64,000 nucleotides of DNA from an uncultured Trueperaceae bacterium. GTDB taxonomy: Bacteria > Deinococcota > Deinococci > Deinococcales > Trueperaceae. A program made the translations under genes and the position numbers. The notes beneath the pieces were generated by a model that saw nothing but the letters and a program-made list of their open reading frames with translations, was not told the DNA's origin and made no database searches. Position 1 is the stretch's first letter; each line of letters opens with the position of its first letter. Positions 1 to 8,458 of this stretch are shown here, piece by piece. Location of the stretch: the NCBI GenBank assembly GCA_913062675.1, contig CAJXWR010000001.1:34492-98491 (forward strand), read 5' to 3'.

Positions 1-689
1 ACGCGGGCATCGAGGTCCAGGGCTTCCATGGCGTCGACGCGACCTTCGAGGTCGGCCACGCGGTTGCGGACGGCCACTTGGTCACGGCGGAGGAGGATGG
101 CGAACTCGCGAATGTTCACGATGTCATCCTGCAGGTCGGCCACGACTTCGCCATCGGCGCCGCCTTGGACGGACTCGATTTGGTCACCCAGGAGTTGGAT
201 GAGCTCGTTGAGCGCGGCGATTTCCGCAGCGTTGGCGTCGGCAGCGCTTTGGGCGGTGTCGACGGCGACGCCTTGCGAAGCAACGTCGTTCTCGAGCGAA
301 CCGATGGCCGCAGCGTTCGCGTCGGCAGCGTTCTGAGCACCATCGGCGGTGCTCTGCGCGGCATCGACGGCGACGCCTTGCGAAGCAACGTCGTTCTCGA
401 GCGAGGCGATGTCGGACGTGGCGCTCTCGACGGCCGAGAGGCGCGCACCCATCGTCGCCATGTCGGCTTCAACGATGTTGAGCAGGCGGCTCACGACGAG
501 GGAGGCTTGGTAACGGGTGAAGGCTTCGTTGCCGCGGAAGGTTCCGTCGGGGAAGCCGATCACGATGTTGAGGTCCGCGATGCGCTCCACGGCGTCCTCG
601 GCCCAGTGGCCGGTCGGGACGTCGGGGAACTGCGCGAACGCCATGCTGCCGAGGGTGGCAGCGAGGAGCGTGATGAGCAGTTTCTTCAT
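1..689 (-). CDS. SLH-domain S-layer-type surface protein with coiled-coil repeats (N-terminal part; gene runs off the window start)
   Basis: Absent from the ORF track because it has no stop inside the window. Minus-strand ATG at 687-689 sits 8 nt after AAGGAG. Translation is MKKLLITLLAATLGSMAFAQ (signal peptide) followed by FPDVPTGHWAEDAVERIADLNIVIGFPDGTFRGNEAFTRYQ (SLH domain). The rest is Ala/Asp/Gln/Val-rich heptad-like repeats, open to position 3. Confidence 0.85.
   Translation of the reverse strand, partial: MKKLLITLLAATLGSMAFAQFPDVPTGHWAEDAVERIADLNIVIGFPDGTFRGNEAFTRYQASLVVSRLLNIVEADMATMGARLSAVESATSDIASLENDVASQGVAVDAAQSTADGAQNAADANAAAIGSLENDVASQGVAVDTAQSAADANAAEIAALNELIQLLGDQIESVQGGADGEVVADLQDDIVNIREFAILLRRDQVAVRNRVADLEGRVDAMEALDLDAR
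259..404 (-). repeat. 105-bp (35-codon) in-frame repeat in the SLH protein coiled-coil region
   Basis: An identical 41-nt stretch TCGACGGCGACGCCTTGCGAAGCAACGTCGTTCTCGAGCGA occurs at 259-299 and 364-404. It encodes SLENDVASQGVAVD in both copies. Confidence 0.85.
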
Positions 690-983
690 GTGTGTGACTC
701 CTTGAACGATGTGATTTGAAGGGCGCGACGGCCGGGGTCCGGAGCGAGACGGGGCCGGGAGTTTCCGTGTTTCCTCCTCGACACGTGCAAAGCGGTGGAA
801 CCGCGGGGTCGTCGCCATTTCGCGTGCCCGTCACGAAGCCGGTTCAAGAGAGTGCACCTCCTTCCGGTGCGACCTCGTGGGCAGACGAAACCAGACTGAT
901 GATGGCACGAATCAGGCCACGGTGTCAACGAAACCCGAAGGGGGAAAGCGCCGTCTGGGAGCCGATTTCGACGATTCTTGGGC

Positions 984-1011
984 GAATTGTGAACAACTCC
1001 ACTCACAATTC
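984..1011. promoter_or_regulatory. perfect 9-bp inverted repeat in the SLH-gene/thyX divergent region
   Basis: GAATTGTGA (984-992), N10, TCACAATTC (1003-1011). It ends 95 nt upstream of the thyX ATG and lies about 295 nt upstream of the SLH-gene ATG. Confidence 0.4.
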
Positions 1012-1091
1012 TCTCATGAAGGCCGGTTTCGTGAGAAACCCGCACCCAGAGCGCCTCGAGGCCCGATTCGGCGATCGGCCCTTCACTCCGC

Positions 1092-1097
1092 TATGAT
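1092..1097 (+). promoter_or_regulatory. -10-like hexamer directly upstream of thyX (leaderless-type)
   Basis: TATGAT, then 8 nt (CAACCACC, no SD), then ATG 1106. Confidence 0.4.
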
Positions 1098-1105
1098 CAA
1101 CCACC

Positions 1106-2011
1106 ATGAATCGACCCCACGTTCCCGAAGCCGACGCCCTCCTCGGCGAAGCGATCCCCGTCCTCGACCATGGGTTCGTTCGCCTCGTCGACTACCTCGG
1201 CGGTGACGCCCGCATCGTCCAATCCGCCCGCGTCAGCTACGGCGCCGGGACGCGCACCGTCCGCGAGGACGCCGCCCTGATCGACTACCTCCTGCGCCAC
1301 GCGCACACGAGCCCGTTCGAGCAGGTCGTTCTCACCTTCCACCTCAAGATGCCGATCTTCGTCGCGCGGCAGTGGATGCGCCACCGCACCGCACGCGCCA
1401 ACGAGATCAGCGGCCGGTACTCCGTCCTCCCCGGCGACTTCTACCTCCCAGAACCCGACCAGCTTCGGCCCCAATCCACGCGGAACAAGCAGGGGCGCGG
1501 CGCGGAAGCGGTCTCCCCCGAACTGCAAGCCAAGATCCTCGACCTTCTCAAGGCCGGTCAGGAACGCAGCTACGCCGAGTACGAGGGCATCCTCGAGGAC
1601 GGCGTGGCGCGCGAACTCGCTCGCGTTCACCTCCCCGTCTCGCTGTACACCGAGATGTACTGGCAGATCGACCTGCACAACCTCATGCACTTCCTGCGCC
1701 TCCGCATCGACGACCACGCCCAGTACGAGATTCGCGTGTACGGTGACGCACTCGCGCAATGCGCCAAGGCGGTCGCACCGCTCGCCTACGCCGCCTTCGA
1801 GGAACACGTCCTGCACGGCCGCCGCATCTCCAAGAGCGAACTCGACGTGCTCCGCGCCGCCCTCGACGAATCCACCCTCCGCCGTGCCTTGGCGGACAGC
1901 GGTCTGCGTCGCACGCGTCGCAACGAGCTCCTCGAAAAACTCGGGCTCGACCCGGAACCGGCGGGTGAGGACGCCACGCCGGAACCCACCCGCGCCGAAC
2001 CTGGCGCCTGA
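1106..2011 (+). CDS. thyX: FAD-dependent thymidylate synthase ThyX
   Basis: 301-aa ORF with the ThyX signature ARQWMRHRTARANEISGRY (RHRxxxxxExSxRY) and HTSPFEQV. Confidence 0.95.
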   Translation: MNRPHVPEADALLGEAIPVLDHGFVRLVDYLGGDARIVQSARVSYGAGTRTVREDAALIDYLLRHAHTSPFEQVVLTFHLKMPIFVARQWMRHRTARANEISGRYSVLPGDFYLPEPDQLRPQSTRNKQGRGAEAVSPELQAKILDLLKAGQERSYAEYEGILEDGVARELARVHLPVSLYTEMYWQIDLHNLMHFLRLRIDDHAQYEIRVYGDALAQCAKAVAPLAYAAFEEHVLHGRRISKSELDVLRAALDESTLRRALADSGLRRTRRNELLEKLGLDPEPAGEDATPEPTRAEPGA

Positions 2012-2014
2012 CGC

Positions 2015-2473
2015 GTGCGTTACCGCATCCTCGCCATTGGCGCTGCGAGCCGCGACCTCGCGACCGCCATGGACCGGTACGTGACGCGTCTCGCCCGCCA
2101 CGGTGAGGTCGAGGTCATCGAGGTCAAGGGCAGCAAGGTGCATGACGCCGAGCTGGCGCGCACGAAGGACGCCGAAGCGTTACGCAACCGCGCGGACGGC
2201 TACCGCGTCGCGCTCGACGAGCGTGGTCGCGCCTTCGGCACGGCGCGTCTCGCCCGCCACGTCAGCGACCTTGAGCAGCGCGGCGTGTCCCGCATCACCC
2301 TGATGATCGGTGGGGCCGAGGGGCTCGACGAGACGCTCCGCAAGGAAGTGGACGAGACCTGGCGGCTCTCCGACCTCACCCTCGCGCACGACGTTGCTCG
2401 ACTCGTGCTCCTCGAACAGCTGTACCGCGTGGAGTCGCTCCGCGCCGGGCACCCCTACCACCGCGCGGGCTAA
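2015..2473 (+). CDS. rlmH: 23S rRNA (pseudouridine1915-N3)-methyltransferase RlmH
   Basis: 152 aa, SPOUT/RlmH pattern (ITLMIGGAEGL ... LSDLTLAHDVARLVLLEQLYRV). GTG start lies 4 nt after the thyX stop. Confidence 0.9.
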   Translation: MRYRILAIGAASRDLATAMDRYVTRLARHGEVEVIEVKGSKVHDAELARTKDAEALRNRADGYRVALDERGRAFGTARLARHVSDLEQRGVSRITLMIGGAEGLDETLRKEVDETWRLSDLTLAHDVARLVLLEQLYRVESLRAGHPYHRAG

Positions 2474-3132
2474 CCCGCCGAGGCGGCGACGCGCAGCGCG
2501 ACGGCAACCCCCAGCATGCCGACGGTGACCTGCTCGAGGTCATCGAAGGGCGGCTCGACGGGTCGTTGCGCCCGCCAGGCCACGTGCCCGGTGGTCACCA
2601 CCAACGCCGCTTCGATGCCGTCCGGTGCCGCGAGCACGTCGATCAGCGAGACCCGCAACGCGGCCGAGCGTTCCGCAGCCAGGAGGTCCACAAGGTGGTC
2701 CTCGCGCGCCACGATGCCCACGCGCTCGTCGAAAATGCCGACCCCCGTCGTGAGCTCGCGTCCACCCGAGCGACCGGCCTCAAGCTGCGCGAGGAGTGGG
2801 TGGGAACGCGCAAACGCTCGAAACGCCACGCCGGTCTGCGCGGGCTTCGCGTCACGCACGATGACGACGGGTCTTGGGGGCCGCACGGGAGCGCTGGTGG
2901 ACGTCGCCGGTTGCGCATCGTAGGCATACACCGTGAGGTCGCCCGCCTCGGCGGTGGTCCACACGACCCCCGCGGGTTGCTCCTCCGGTGGAATCGTCTC
3001 GAGCCAAGCGTCCCGGTTGGGCCCATCGAACGGGACGAGACCGAGGTTGGCCGCGAAGGCCTCCCAGGCCGCGTCGCGTGGATCGACGGCGACGGCGCGA
3101 CGCCGGAACATCACGCGGTCACCGGTGCGCAC
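2470..3132 (-). CDS. hypothetical protein
   Basis: 220-aa ORF filling the gap between rlmH and the SufT-like gene. Composition looks coding and I recognise no motif. The GTG start at 3132 is uncertain (internal ATG at codon 8). Confidence 0.55.
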   Translation of the reverse strand: MRTGDRVMFRRRAVAVDPRDAAWEAFAANLGLVPFDGPNRDAWLETIPPEEQPAGVVWTTAEAGDLTVYAYDAQPATSTSAPVRPPRPVVIVRDAKPAQTGVAFRAFARSHPLLAQLEAGRSGGRELTTGVGIFDERVGIVAREDHLVDLLAAERSAALRVSLIDVLAAPDGIEAALVVTTGHVAWRAQRPVEPPFDDLEQVTVGMLGVAVALRVAASAG

Positions 3133-3175
3133 TCATTGCGCCGCGGTGCGAGGAACGGGCTGCGCTGCACGTGGG

Positions 3176-3553
3176 TTACAGGTTGAACCCGAACATGCGC
3201 ATTTGCTTCTTGCCCTCTTCGCTCATCTTGTCGGTACTCCAGGGCGGCGACCAGACGAACTCGACGTTCACGCGACGCACGCCTTCGACCTTCATCGCAG
3301 CGAGTTCGGCGTCGGCTTGAATCATGTCCTGCACGGGGCAACCCATGCTCGTGAGCGTCATGTTGATGTCGACCACGCCATCGTCGGCGACCTCAATGTC
3401 GTAGATCAACCCGAGGTCGACGACGTTGACGGGAATCTCGGGGTCACGCACCACCTTGAGCGCTTCGCGGATGGCGTCCTTCATGGCCTCCTTGTCGGCC
3501 ACGGAGCCAGAGCCGCTCGATGCGTCGGGTGCAGGGGTCACGGAGTCGGTCAT
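3176..3553 (-). CDS. DUF59/SufT-like Fe-S cluster assembly protein
   Basis: 125 aa with the typical DUF59 core VRDPEIPVNVVDLGLIYDIEV ... MTLTSMGCPV. Confidence 0.85.
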   Translation of the reverse strand: MTDSVTPAPDASSGSGSVADKEAMKDAIREALKVVRDPEIPVNVVDLGLIYDIEVADDGVVDINMTLTSMGCPVQDMIQADAELAAMKVEGVRRVNVEFVWSPPWSTDKMSEEGKKQMRMFGFNL

Positions 3554-3560
3554 GGAGTGG

Positions 3561-3566
3561 AGCGTA
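3561..3566 (-). promoter_or_regulatory. -10-like hexamer directly upstream of the SufT-like gene (leaderless-type)
   Basis: Minus strand: TACGCT, 7 nt, ATG 3553. No SD. Confidence 0.4.
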
Positions 3567-3577
3567 GCAGACGAGGG

Positions 3578-4165
3578 CTAGGCCGAATCGTCGTCCAAGT
3601 CGCGTTGCGAGGCTGCGTCACCCACGCCACCGCTGGGCGGAAGTGCGCCGAGCCCCTGCCCGAGCATGCGCCGCAATGCGTCCTCGGCCTCCCCCACGTC
3701 GGCGGCGAGTTCGTTGCGGACGGTGACGACGCGCTCCTCGAGCGCGGCGAGTCGTTGCGCTTCGCGGCTGTCGCTCTCGGCCAAGGCTTCCCCAAGCCGC
3801 GTTTCGGCTGCACCGACGCGGGTGTCGATGCGGTTCTCGAGCGAGCTGCCCCACGCCTTCACGGCGTCGCGCACCTCGGCGATTTCCTTCAGGGTGCGCG
3901 CGTCGAGACGGGCGCGGGTGGTTTCGAGTTGCTTCTCGAGGTGGCGAATCTCGCGGAGTTGCGAGGCGCGGTCGAACAGGGCGCCCGCGAAGAAGAGGAT
4001 GGCGAGGGCGACCGTCACGCCGAGGAGGACGAGTCCGACGGGCACCTCGACGCGGAGGACGATGAGGTCGACGGGCAGGAGGGTCGTCAGGGTGCCCCAG
4101 TTGAGCGCGGCGAACAGGCCGAGGAGGACGACGAGGAGCGTGAGGAGGATGCCGCGACCCTTCAT
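3578..4165 (-). CDS. membrane protein, LapA-like N-terminal TM pair plus coiled coil
   Basis: 195 aa. Two N-terminal TM helices (GILLTLLVVLLGLFAALNW, GLVLLGVTVALAILFFAGALF) are followed by a charged helical region. Confidence 0.6.
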   Translation of the reverse strand: MKGRGILLTLLVVLLGLFAALNWGTLTTLLPVDLIVLRVEVPVGLVLLGVTVALAILFFAGALFDRASQLREIRHLEKQLETTRARLDARTLKEIAEVRDAVKAWGSSLENRIDTRVGAAETRLGEALAESDSREAQRLAALEERVVTVRNELAADVGEAEDALRRMLGQGLGALPPSGGVGDAASQRDLDDDSA

Positions 4166-4171
4166 GCCGCC

Positions 4172-4177
4172 ATCCTA
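4172..4177 (-). promoter_or_regulatory. -10-like hexamer directly upstream of the LapA-like gene (leaderless-type)
   Basis: Minus strand: TAGGAT, 6 nt, ATG 4165. No SD. Confidence 0.4.
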
Positions 4178-4220
4178 CCCGGGTCGCTCCCTGCGTTCGG
4201 GGCGGTCGTACCCACGAGGC

Positions 4221-5282
4221 TCACCAGTCGGCGTAGCGGTCGCGATGCACGACGAACGCGAGCGCGAGCGCGGTGAGGGTGGTGATGAGGCTCGTCCCTC
4301 CGTAGGAAACGAGGGGCAGGGTGATGCCGGTGACGGGTGCGAGACCGAGGGTGACGCCAATGTTGACGAGCACCTGGAAGGCGATGAGGACGAGCACACC
4401 GATGATGATGAGTTGGTCGCGTTCGTAGAGGCACTCCCCGGCCATGGCGACGAGCCGCCAGAACAGGGCGGCGTACAGGCCGAGCAGCAGCATCGCGCCG
4501 AGGAATCCTCCCTCCTCGGCGAGGACGGGGAAGATGAAGTCGGTGTGGCGGTAGGGAATGAACCCGCGTTGCGATTGCGTCCCCTCGCCGTACCCCTTGC
4601 CGGTGAGGCCTCCCGACCCGATGGCGATGGTGGATTGGATCACCTGGTAACCGGAGCCTTGCGGATCGGCGGCGGGGTTCATGAAGGAGACGATGCGGGT
4701 GCGTTGGTGCGGCTCGAGGTTGGGCCACACGACGCTGGGGAACAGCACGGCGGTGAGGAGGGCGAGGACGGCGAGGTGCCGCCAGGGGAGCCCGCGGACG
4801 AGGAGCATGCCGCCGCCGATGGCGGCGATGACGAGCGCGCCACCTAGGTCGGGTTCGAGGAACACGAGGGCGAAGGGCGGGAGCATGAGGGCGAGGGGGC
4901 GAAGGTACCCGCGCGCACCCTCGATGGGTCGCTCGTGCATGACCGCGGCGAGCGCGAGGATGAGGGCGAGCTTCGCGAATTCGGAGGGTTGGAAACCGGG
5001 GAGCGGTCCGAGGTAGAGCCAGGATTGCGCGCCGTTGACTTCGGTGCCGACGAGGCGAACGAGGATGAGGAGGACCAGGGCTGCGGCGTAGAGGTGGGCG
5101 GTGTAGCGCAGGATGCGTCGCTTGCCGATCCGGGCGATGACCGCGATGAGGACGAGGGCGGCGCCGAGGAAGGCGAGTTGCCGCAGGAATTCACCGCCCG
5201 GCGCGGCGCTCGACAGGGTGGCGAGCCCCGCGCCGAGGAGCGCGAGGACGAGGATGGGCAGGCTGGGGTCGCTGCGCACCAT
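4221..5282 (-). CDS. SEDS-family peptidoglycan glycosyltransferase (FtsW/RodA/SpoVE family)
   Basis: 353 aa, polytopic. Family motifs QPSEFAKLALILALA, HTDFIFPVLAEEGGFLG and LPLVSYGGTS. The RodA versus FtsW paralog cannot be decided from context. Confidence 0.9.
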   Translation of the reverse strand: MVRSDPSLPILVLALLGAGLATLSSAAPGGEFLRQLAFLGAALVLIAVIARIGKRRILRYTAHLYAAALVLLILVRLVGTEVNGAQSWLYLGPLPGFQPSEFAKLALILALAAVMHERPIEGARGYLRPLALMLPPFALVFLEPDLGGALVIAAIGGGMLLVRGLPWRHLAVLALLTAVLFPSVVWPNLEPHQRTRIVSFMNPAADPQGSGYQVIQSTIAIGSGGLTGKGYGEGTQSQRGFIPYRHTDFIFPVLAEEGGFLGAMLLLGLYAALFWRLVAMAGECLYERDQLIIIGVLVLIAFQVLVNIGVTLGLAPVTGITLPLVSYGGTSLITTLTALALAFVVHRDRYADW

Positions 5283-5291
5283 GTCTTCTGC

Positions 5292-5297
5292 ACGATA
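5292..5297 (-). promoter_or_regulatory. -10-like hexamer upstream of the SEDS gene (near-leaderless)
   Basis: Minus strand: TATCGT, 9 nt, ATG 5282. No SD. Confidence 0.35.
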
Positions 5298-5348
5298 CCC
5301 GCGTGGTGGGTCACGGTTGCCGACCGCGCGACCTGTCAGGCTGGGGGC

Positions 5349-5948
5349 ATGGTGCGAAGCGTTCGTCGAATGACCGTGGGTTGGCTGTTGGCGGTGAGCG
5401 TCGTGGCGGGAATCGCCTGGTCACAGTCGTGGCGCGGTTCACTCACCGAGGAGTCGGTAGTGCGCTACGACGCGACGGCGGGCCGGGAGGCTTGGCAGGG
5501 CGTGGCGCCGGCGACGTTGACGCAGTTCACCTTCAATGCAGATGACCTGTCGGTCACGCGGTTCGAGGTGCGGGTGGCGAGTGACGCGTTCGATAGCGGC
5601 AATCGGTTTCGGGACCGGAATGCACGGTTGGTGACGTTCGAGTCGGAAGCGTTTCCCGAGATCGTGTTCACGTCGCGGCGGTTGGTCGCGGGTGCCGAGG
5701 GCGGTCTCGCCCCGGGGGACGTGCGGGAGGTGACGGTCGAGGGCGCGCTTTCGCTGCATGGCGTGGAGCGGGTGATCGAGGTGCCGCTGCGCGTGTCGCG
5801 TCCGGAGGAGGAAACGTTGCGGGTGGAGGGTGGCTTCGACGTTTCGCTCGAGGCGTACGGGATGCGAGCCCCATCCATTTTGATCCGCACCGTGGATGAC
5901 GAGGTGCGCGTTTCACTTGACCTGACGGTGCGTCTCGAGGCGCGCTGA
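5349..5948 (+). CDS. YceI-like periplasmic polyisoprenoid-binding family protein
   Basis: This is the C-terminal 199 codons of ORF 4935-5948. ATG 5349 gives a signal peptide (MTVGWLLAVSVVAGIAWS) and YceI-like beta-barrel sequence (SNRFRDRNARLVTFESEAFPEIVF...GALSLHGVERVIEVPL). The upstream part of the ORF is antisense to the SEDS gene. Confidence 0.8.
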   Translation: MVRSVRRMTVGWLLAVSVVAGIAWSQSWRGSLTEESVVRYDATAGREAWQGVAPATLTQFTFNADDLSVTRFEVRVASDAFDSGNRFRDRNARLVTFESEAFPEIVFTSRRLVAGAEGGLAPGDVREVTVEGALSLHGVERVIEVPLRVSRPEEETLRVEGGFDVSLEAYGMRAPSILIRTVDDEVRVSLDLTVRLEAR

Positions 5949-5969
5949 GGGGTCAGGGGCGCGAAGAGG

Positions 5970-7751
5970 TCAGGGGGCGCGAAGCGCGCGCCGCAGCCAG
6001 GCTTCACTCCACAACGCAGCGAAGGCGAGAGCCAACAGAAGGGGTGTGAGGTCCCGCCCAGGGAGGGGCACGGTCCAACCGCGGGGGAGGGCGCGTTCGA
6101 GCCGCTCTCCGATGGCCGTCGCTTCTTCCGCTTGGGTATTGGGTGTCGCCACGCCCGTCTCCTGGCTCCTCCTGGGCAGGTTCGTGGCTGCGGGGGCGAG
6201 CAGGCTGGCGTGGACGGTGCGCCCTTCGGTGAGGTAGGCGCCGGGGGTGCGCGCTTGCAGGACGGATGAACCGTCTTGCAGGGCGGGTGGGTCGAAGCGG
6301 GTGCCGAGGGGAATGCGGCTGGCGTTGCGAGTGGCGTCGATCAGGTTGACGACGAGGGTGGGCCAGGCGGGTTGGAAGGTGAGGTCGCCGCGGGCGGGGT
6401 GGAAGGCGAGGTGCAGGTGGACGCCCGTCTCACGCTCGATGCGCGTGATCAGGGGCACGGGGCCCGTGGAGGTTGCGCCGGTGGCGAGGACGTGCGCGGG
6501 TTCGGGGTTGGCGTGTGCGGCGTCGCTGGGGGTGACGTAGGCGACGACGAGGTCGTCGAGGTCGACGAAGCGGAGGAGCGGATCGCTGGCGGCCGTGCGG
6601 GTGACGGTCGCGGCGATGGCGGGCGCGTCGATGCGCGGGAGGGTGAGCGTGAAGCGGGCGGCGTCCCCACCTGTGGTGGCGCGGGTGAGGACGTGCAGGT
6701 CGGCGTCGATGGCGCGGGCGGCGGGGGTGACGCGCAGGTCGACCCCGTCGATGGCGCCGAGCGCACGTTCGAGGGCGGGGAGGGGCGCGTCGAGCGCGAC
6801 GAGGGTTCGGGGTTCACCGCTCCAGGCGTCGTCGTCGAGGGGGAGGACGTCCCCGTCGTGGCGGATGCGGGCGTGGAGGAGTCCCGCGTCGCCGGGTACG
6901 GCGAGGGTGCGGGCCGCTGCACCTCCCGCGGGCACGACGAACGACGTGCTGGCAAGGAGCGTGTCGCCGCGCAGCAGGTCGACCGTGACGTCGGCGGGGC
7001 GGGGCTGGTTGCTGGCGACGCGGATCCAGGCTTGCCCGGCGACGCGTTCGAAACCGGTGATGCCAACGTTGCTTCCGGTACCGGCAAGGTCGTGCACCTG
7101 GACGTTCGCCGTGGCGGGGGGTGGCTGGTCGGAGAGCCAATGAATCTCGGTGGGGCGGTCGCGCCCGACCGTGCTGGCCACGTCGCGGGCGAGGGTGAGG
7201 GCGAGCGCGCCGTCGCGGGTCGCGTCGACGGCATGGAGGGCATCGAGCGCGGCTTGAAGTTCGTTGGCGTCGCGAGTGGGGGGCACGAGGAGGGGGGGGG
7301 GCGCGCCGGCCTGGATGAGGACGGTGTCTCCCCCACCGCTCGCGAGGTTGCGCGCAATGCGGCGTGCGACGTCGAGGCGCGTGGCGTCGCTCGCGAGTCC
7401 CGTGAGGGTGCGGGTGGCTTCGTCCCCTTCGGCGGCGAGGCTCGTGGCGCCATCGCGCGCGGCCATGCTAGCGAACGTGTCGATCACGAGGATGCGGGTG
7501 GGCGTAGGATCGGTCGCGAAGTAGGGGCGTGCGGCGGCGAGGGCGAGCGCGGCGGTGGCGAGGAGTTGCAGGGCGAGCAGGAGGGTGGTGCGCAGGCGTG
7601 GGCGGGCCACGCCGCGCGCCTGGGCGCGCGTCCACAGGAAGGTGCCGGCCGCGTCGCGGCGTTCGCGTCTCGCGCGGAAGCGGTGCAGGAGCACCACGAG
7701 GGGTAGCGCGAGGAGGCTCGCGAGGGCAGCGGGGACGGCGAAGGTCAGCAT
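5970..7751 (-). CDS. BatA-N (aerotolerance-type N-terminal TM) / vWA-like domain membrane protein
   Basis: 593 aa. N-terminus reads LLALPLVVLLHRFRARR, followed by a second TM helix and a degenerate MIDAS-like RILVIDTFASM. There is also a C-terminal TM helix. Confidence 0.7.
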   Translation of the reverse strand: MLTFAVPAALASLLALPLVVLLHRFRARRERRDAAGTFLWTRAQARGVARPRLRTTLLLALQLLATAALALAAARPYFATDPTPTRILVIDTFASMAARDGATSLAAEGDEATRTLTGLASDATRLDVARRIARNLASGGGDTVLIQAGAPPPLLVPPTRDANELQAALDALHAVDATRDGALALTLARDVASTVGRDRPTEIHWLSDQPPPATANVQVHDLAGTGSNVGITGFERVAGQAWIRVASNQPRPADVTVDLLRGDTLLASTSFVVPAGGAAARTLAVPGDAGLLHARIRHDGDVLPLDDDAWSGEPRTLVALDAPLPALERALGAIDGVDLRVTPAARAIDADLHVLTRATTGGDAARFTLTLPRIDAPAIAATVTRTAASDPLLRFVDLDDLVVAYVTPSDAAHANPEPAHVLATGATSTGPVPLITRIERETGVHLHLAFHPARGDLTFQPAWPTLVVNLIDATRNASRIPLGTRFDPPALQDGSSVLQARTPGAYLTEGRTVHASLLAPAATNLPRRSQETGVATPNTQAEEATAIGERLERALPRGWTVPLPGRDLTPLLLALAFAALWSEAWLRRALRAP

Positions 7752-7791
7752 CGCAGGGCGACGCGGGGGTTACGCGCCGGGTGGAGGTGCG

Positions 7792-8097
7792 TCAGGTTCG
7801 CGTGGCGAGAACGACGAGCAGTCCGCCGCCCGCGTTCTCGATCACGTGCGTTTGCCCTGGGGGGATGGAGACGAGTTTGCCCTTGCCGAGTCGGTGGCGA
7901 TCCTCGCCGATGCGGAGCAGGGCTTCACCTTCGAGCACCTGGTAGAGCGAGGCGCCGTCGCGACTGGCTTCCTCATCGCGTTGTCCGGCTTCGAAACAGA
8001 GGAGTTCGGCGTGCAGGCCTGCCTCTTGGAGGAGGGTCGAGCGTTGCACGTGGTCGAGGTGGAAGCTGCGCGCGTCGGCGATGGTCGCGATGGTCAC
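7792..8097 (-). CDS. cupin domain protein
   Basis: Small beta-barrel ORF with a cupin-like GKGKLVSIPPGQTHVIEN. I moved the start from TTG 8112 to GTG 8097, which lies 7 nt after GGGAGG. Confidence 0.7.
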   Translation of the reverse strand: MTIATIADARSFHLDHVQRSTLLQEAGLHAELLCFEAGQRDEEASRDGASLYQVLEGEALLRIGEDRHRLGKGKLVSIPPGQTHVIENAGGGLLVVLATRT

Positions 8098-8273
8098 GAG
8101 GGGACCTCCCAAGGGTTTCGCCCGCGCCCTGCGGGCGGTATGCGTTCACTGTACTCGCTCGCGCGCCGTTTCGGCGTCGGGCGTTCGTCCGGGGCGTCGT
8201 GCGGGTTGCGTGGAGGACGTCGTTTCAAGGTTTTTGGGGGGTTGCGAGCGGGGGAAACGCTCGATTCCGCGGT

Positions 8274-8458
8274 TGTGGATAGCGAAGGGGGCTTGACAAT
8301 GCCCTGACGCATTTGCTAAGGCGTTTCGATTCGAAAATGTCGAGTTTATGCCGTCCCTGACGCACATTCGCGTCATCGGGTTTACCTTGCGACGAAAACG
8401 GTCGCACGGCGTCTCGTTATCCACAGGGCGAATGGGGCCTGTGGACAAGTGTGGATAA
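8274..8458. promoter_or_regulatory. cluster of four DnaA-box 9-mers (two perfect TTATCCACA)
   Basis: Boxes: 8274-8282 (CTATCCACA, minus), 8417-8425 (TTATCCACA, plus), 8440-8448 (TTGTCCACA, minus), 8450-8458 (TTATCCACA, minus). A weak TTTCCCACA lies at 8492-8500. The cluster flanks an AT-rich island at 8311-8350. Confidence 0.6.

Noticed and set aside
984-1011. Calling the TGTGA...TCACA palindrome a CRP/FNR site
   Set aside because: The half-site spacing is 10 nt rather than the canonical 6 nt. It is reported only as a generic candidate operator.
8293-8298. Perfect TTGACA -35 hexamer on the plus strand
   Set aside because: No acceptable -10 follows at 16-19 nt (CTAAGG/TAAGGC), and there is no plus-strand gene downstream.
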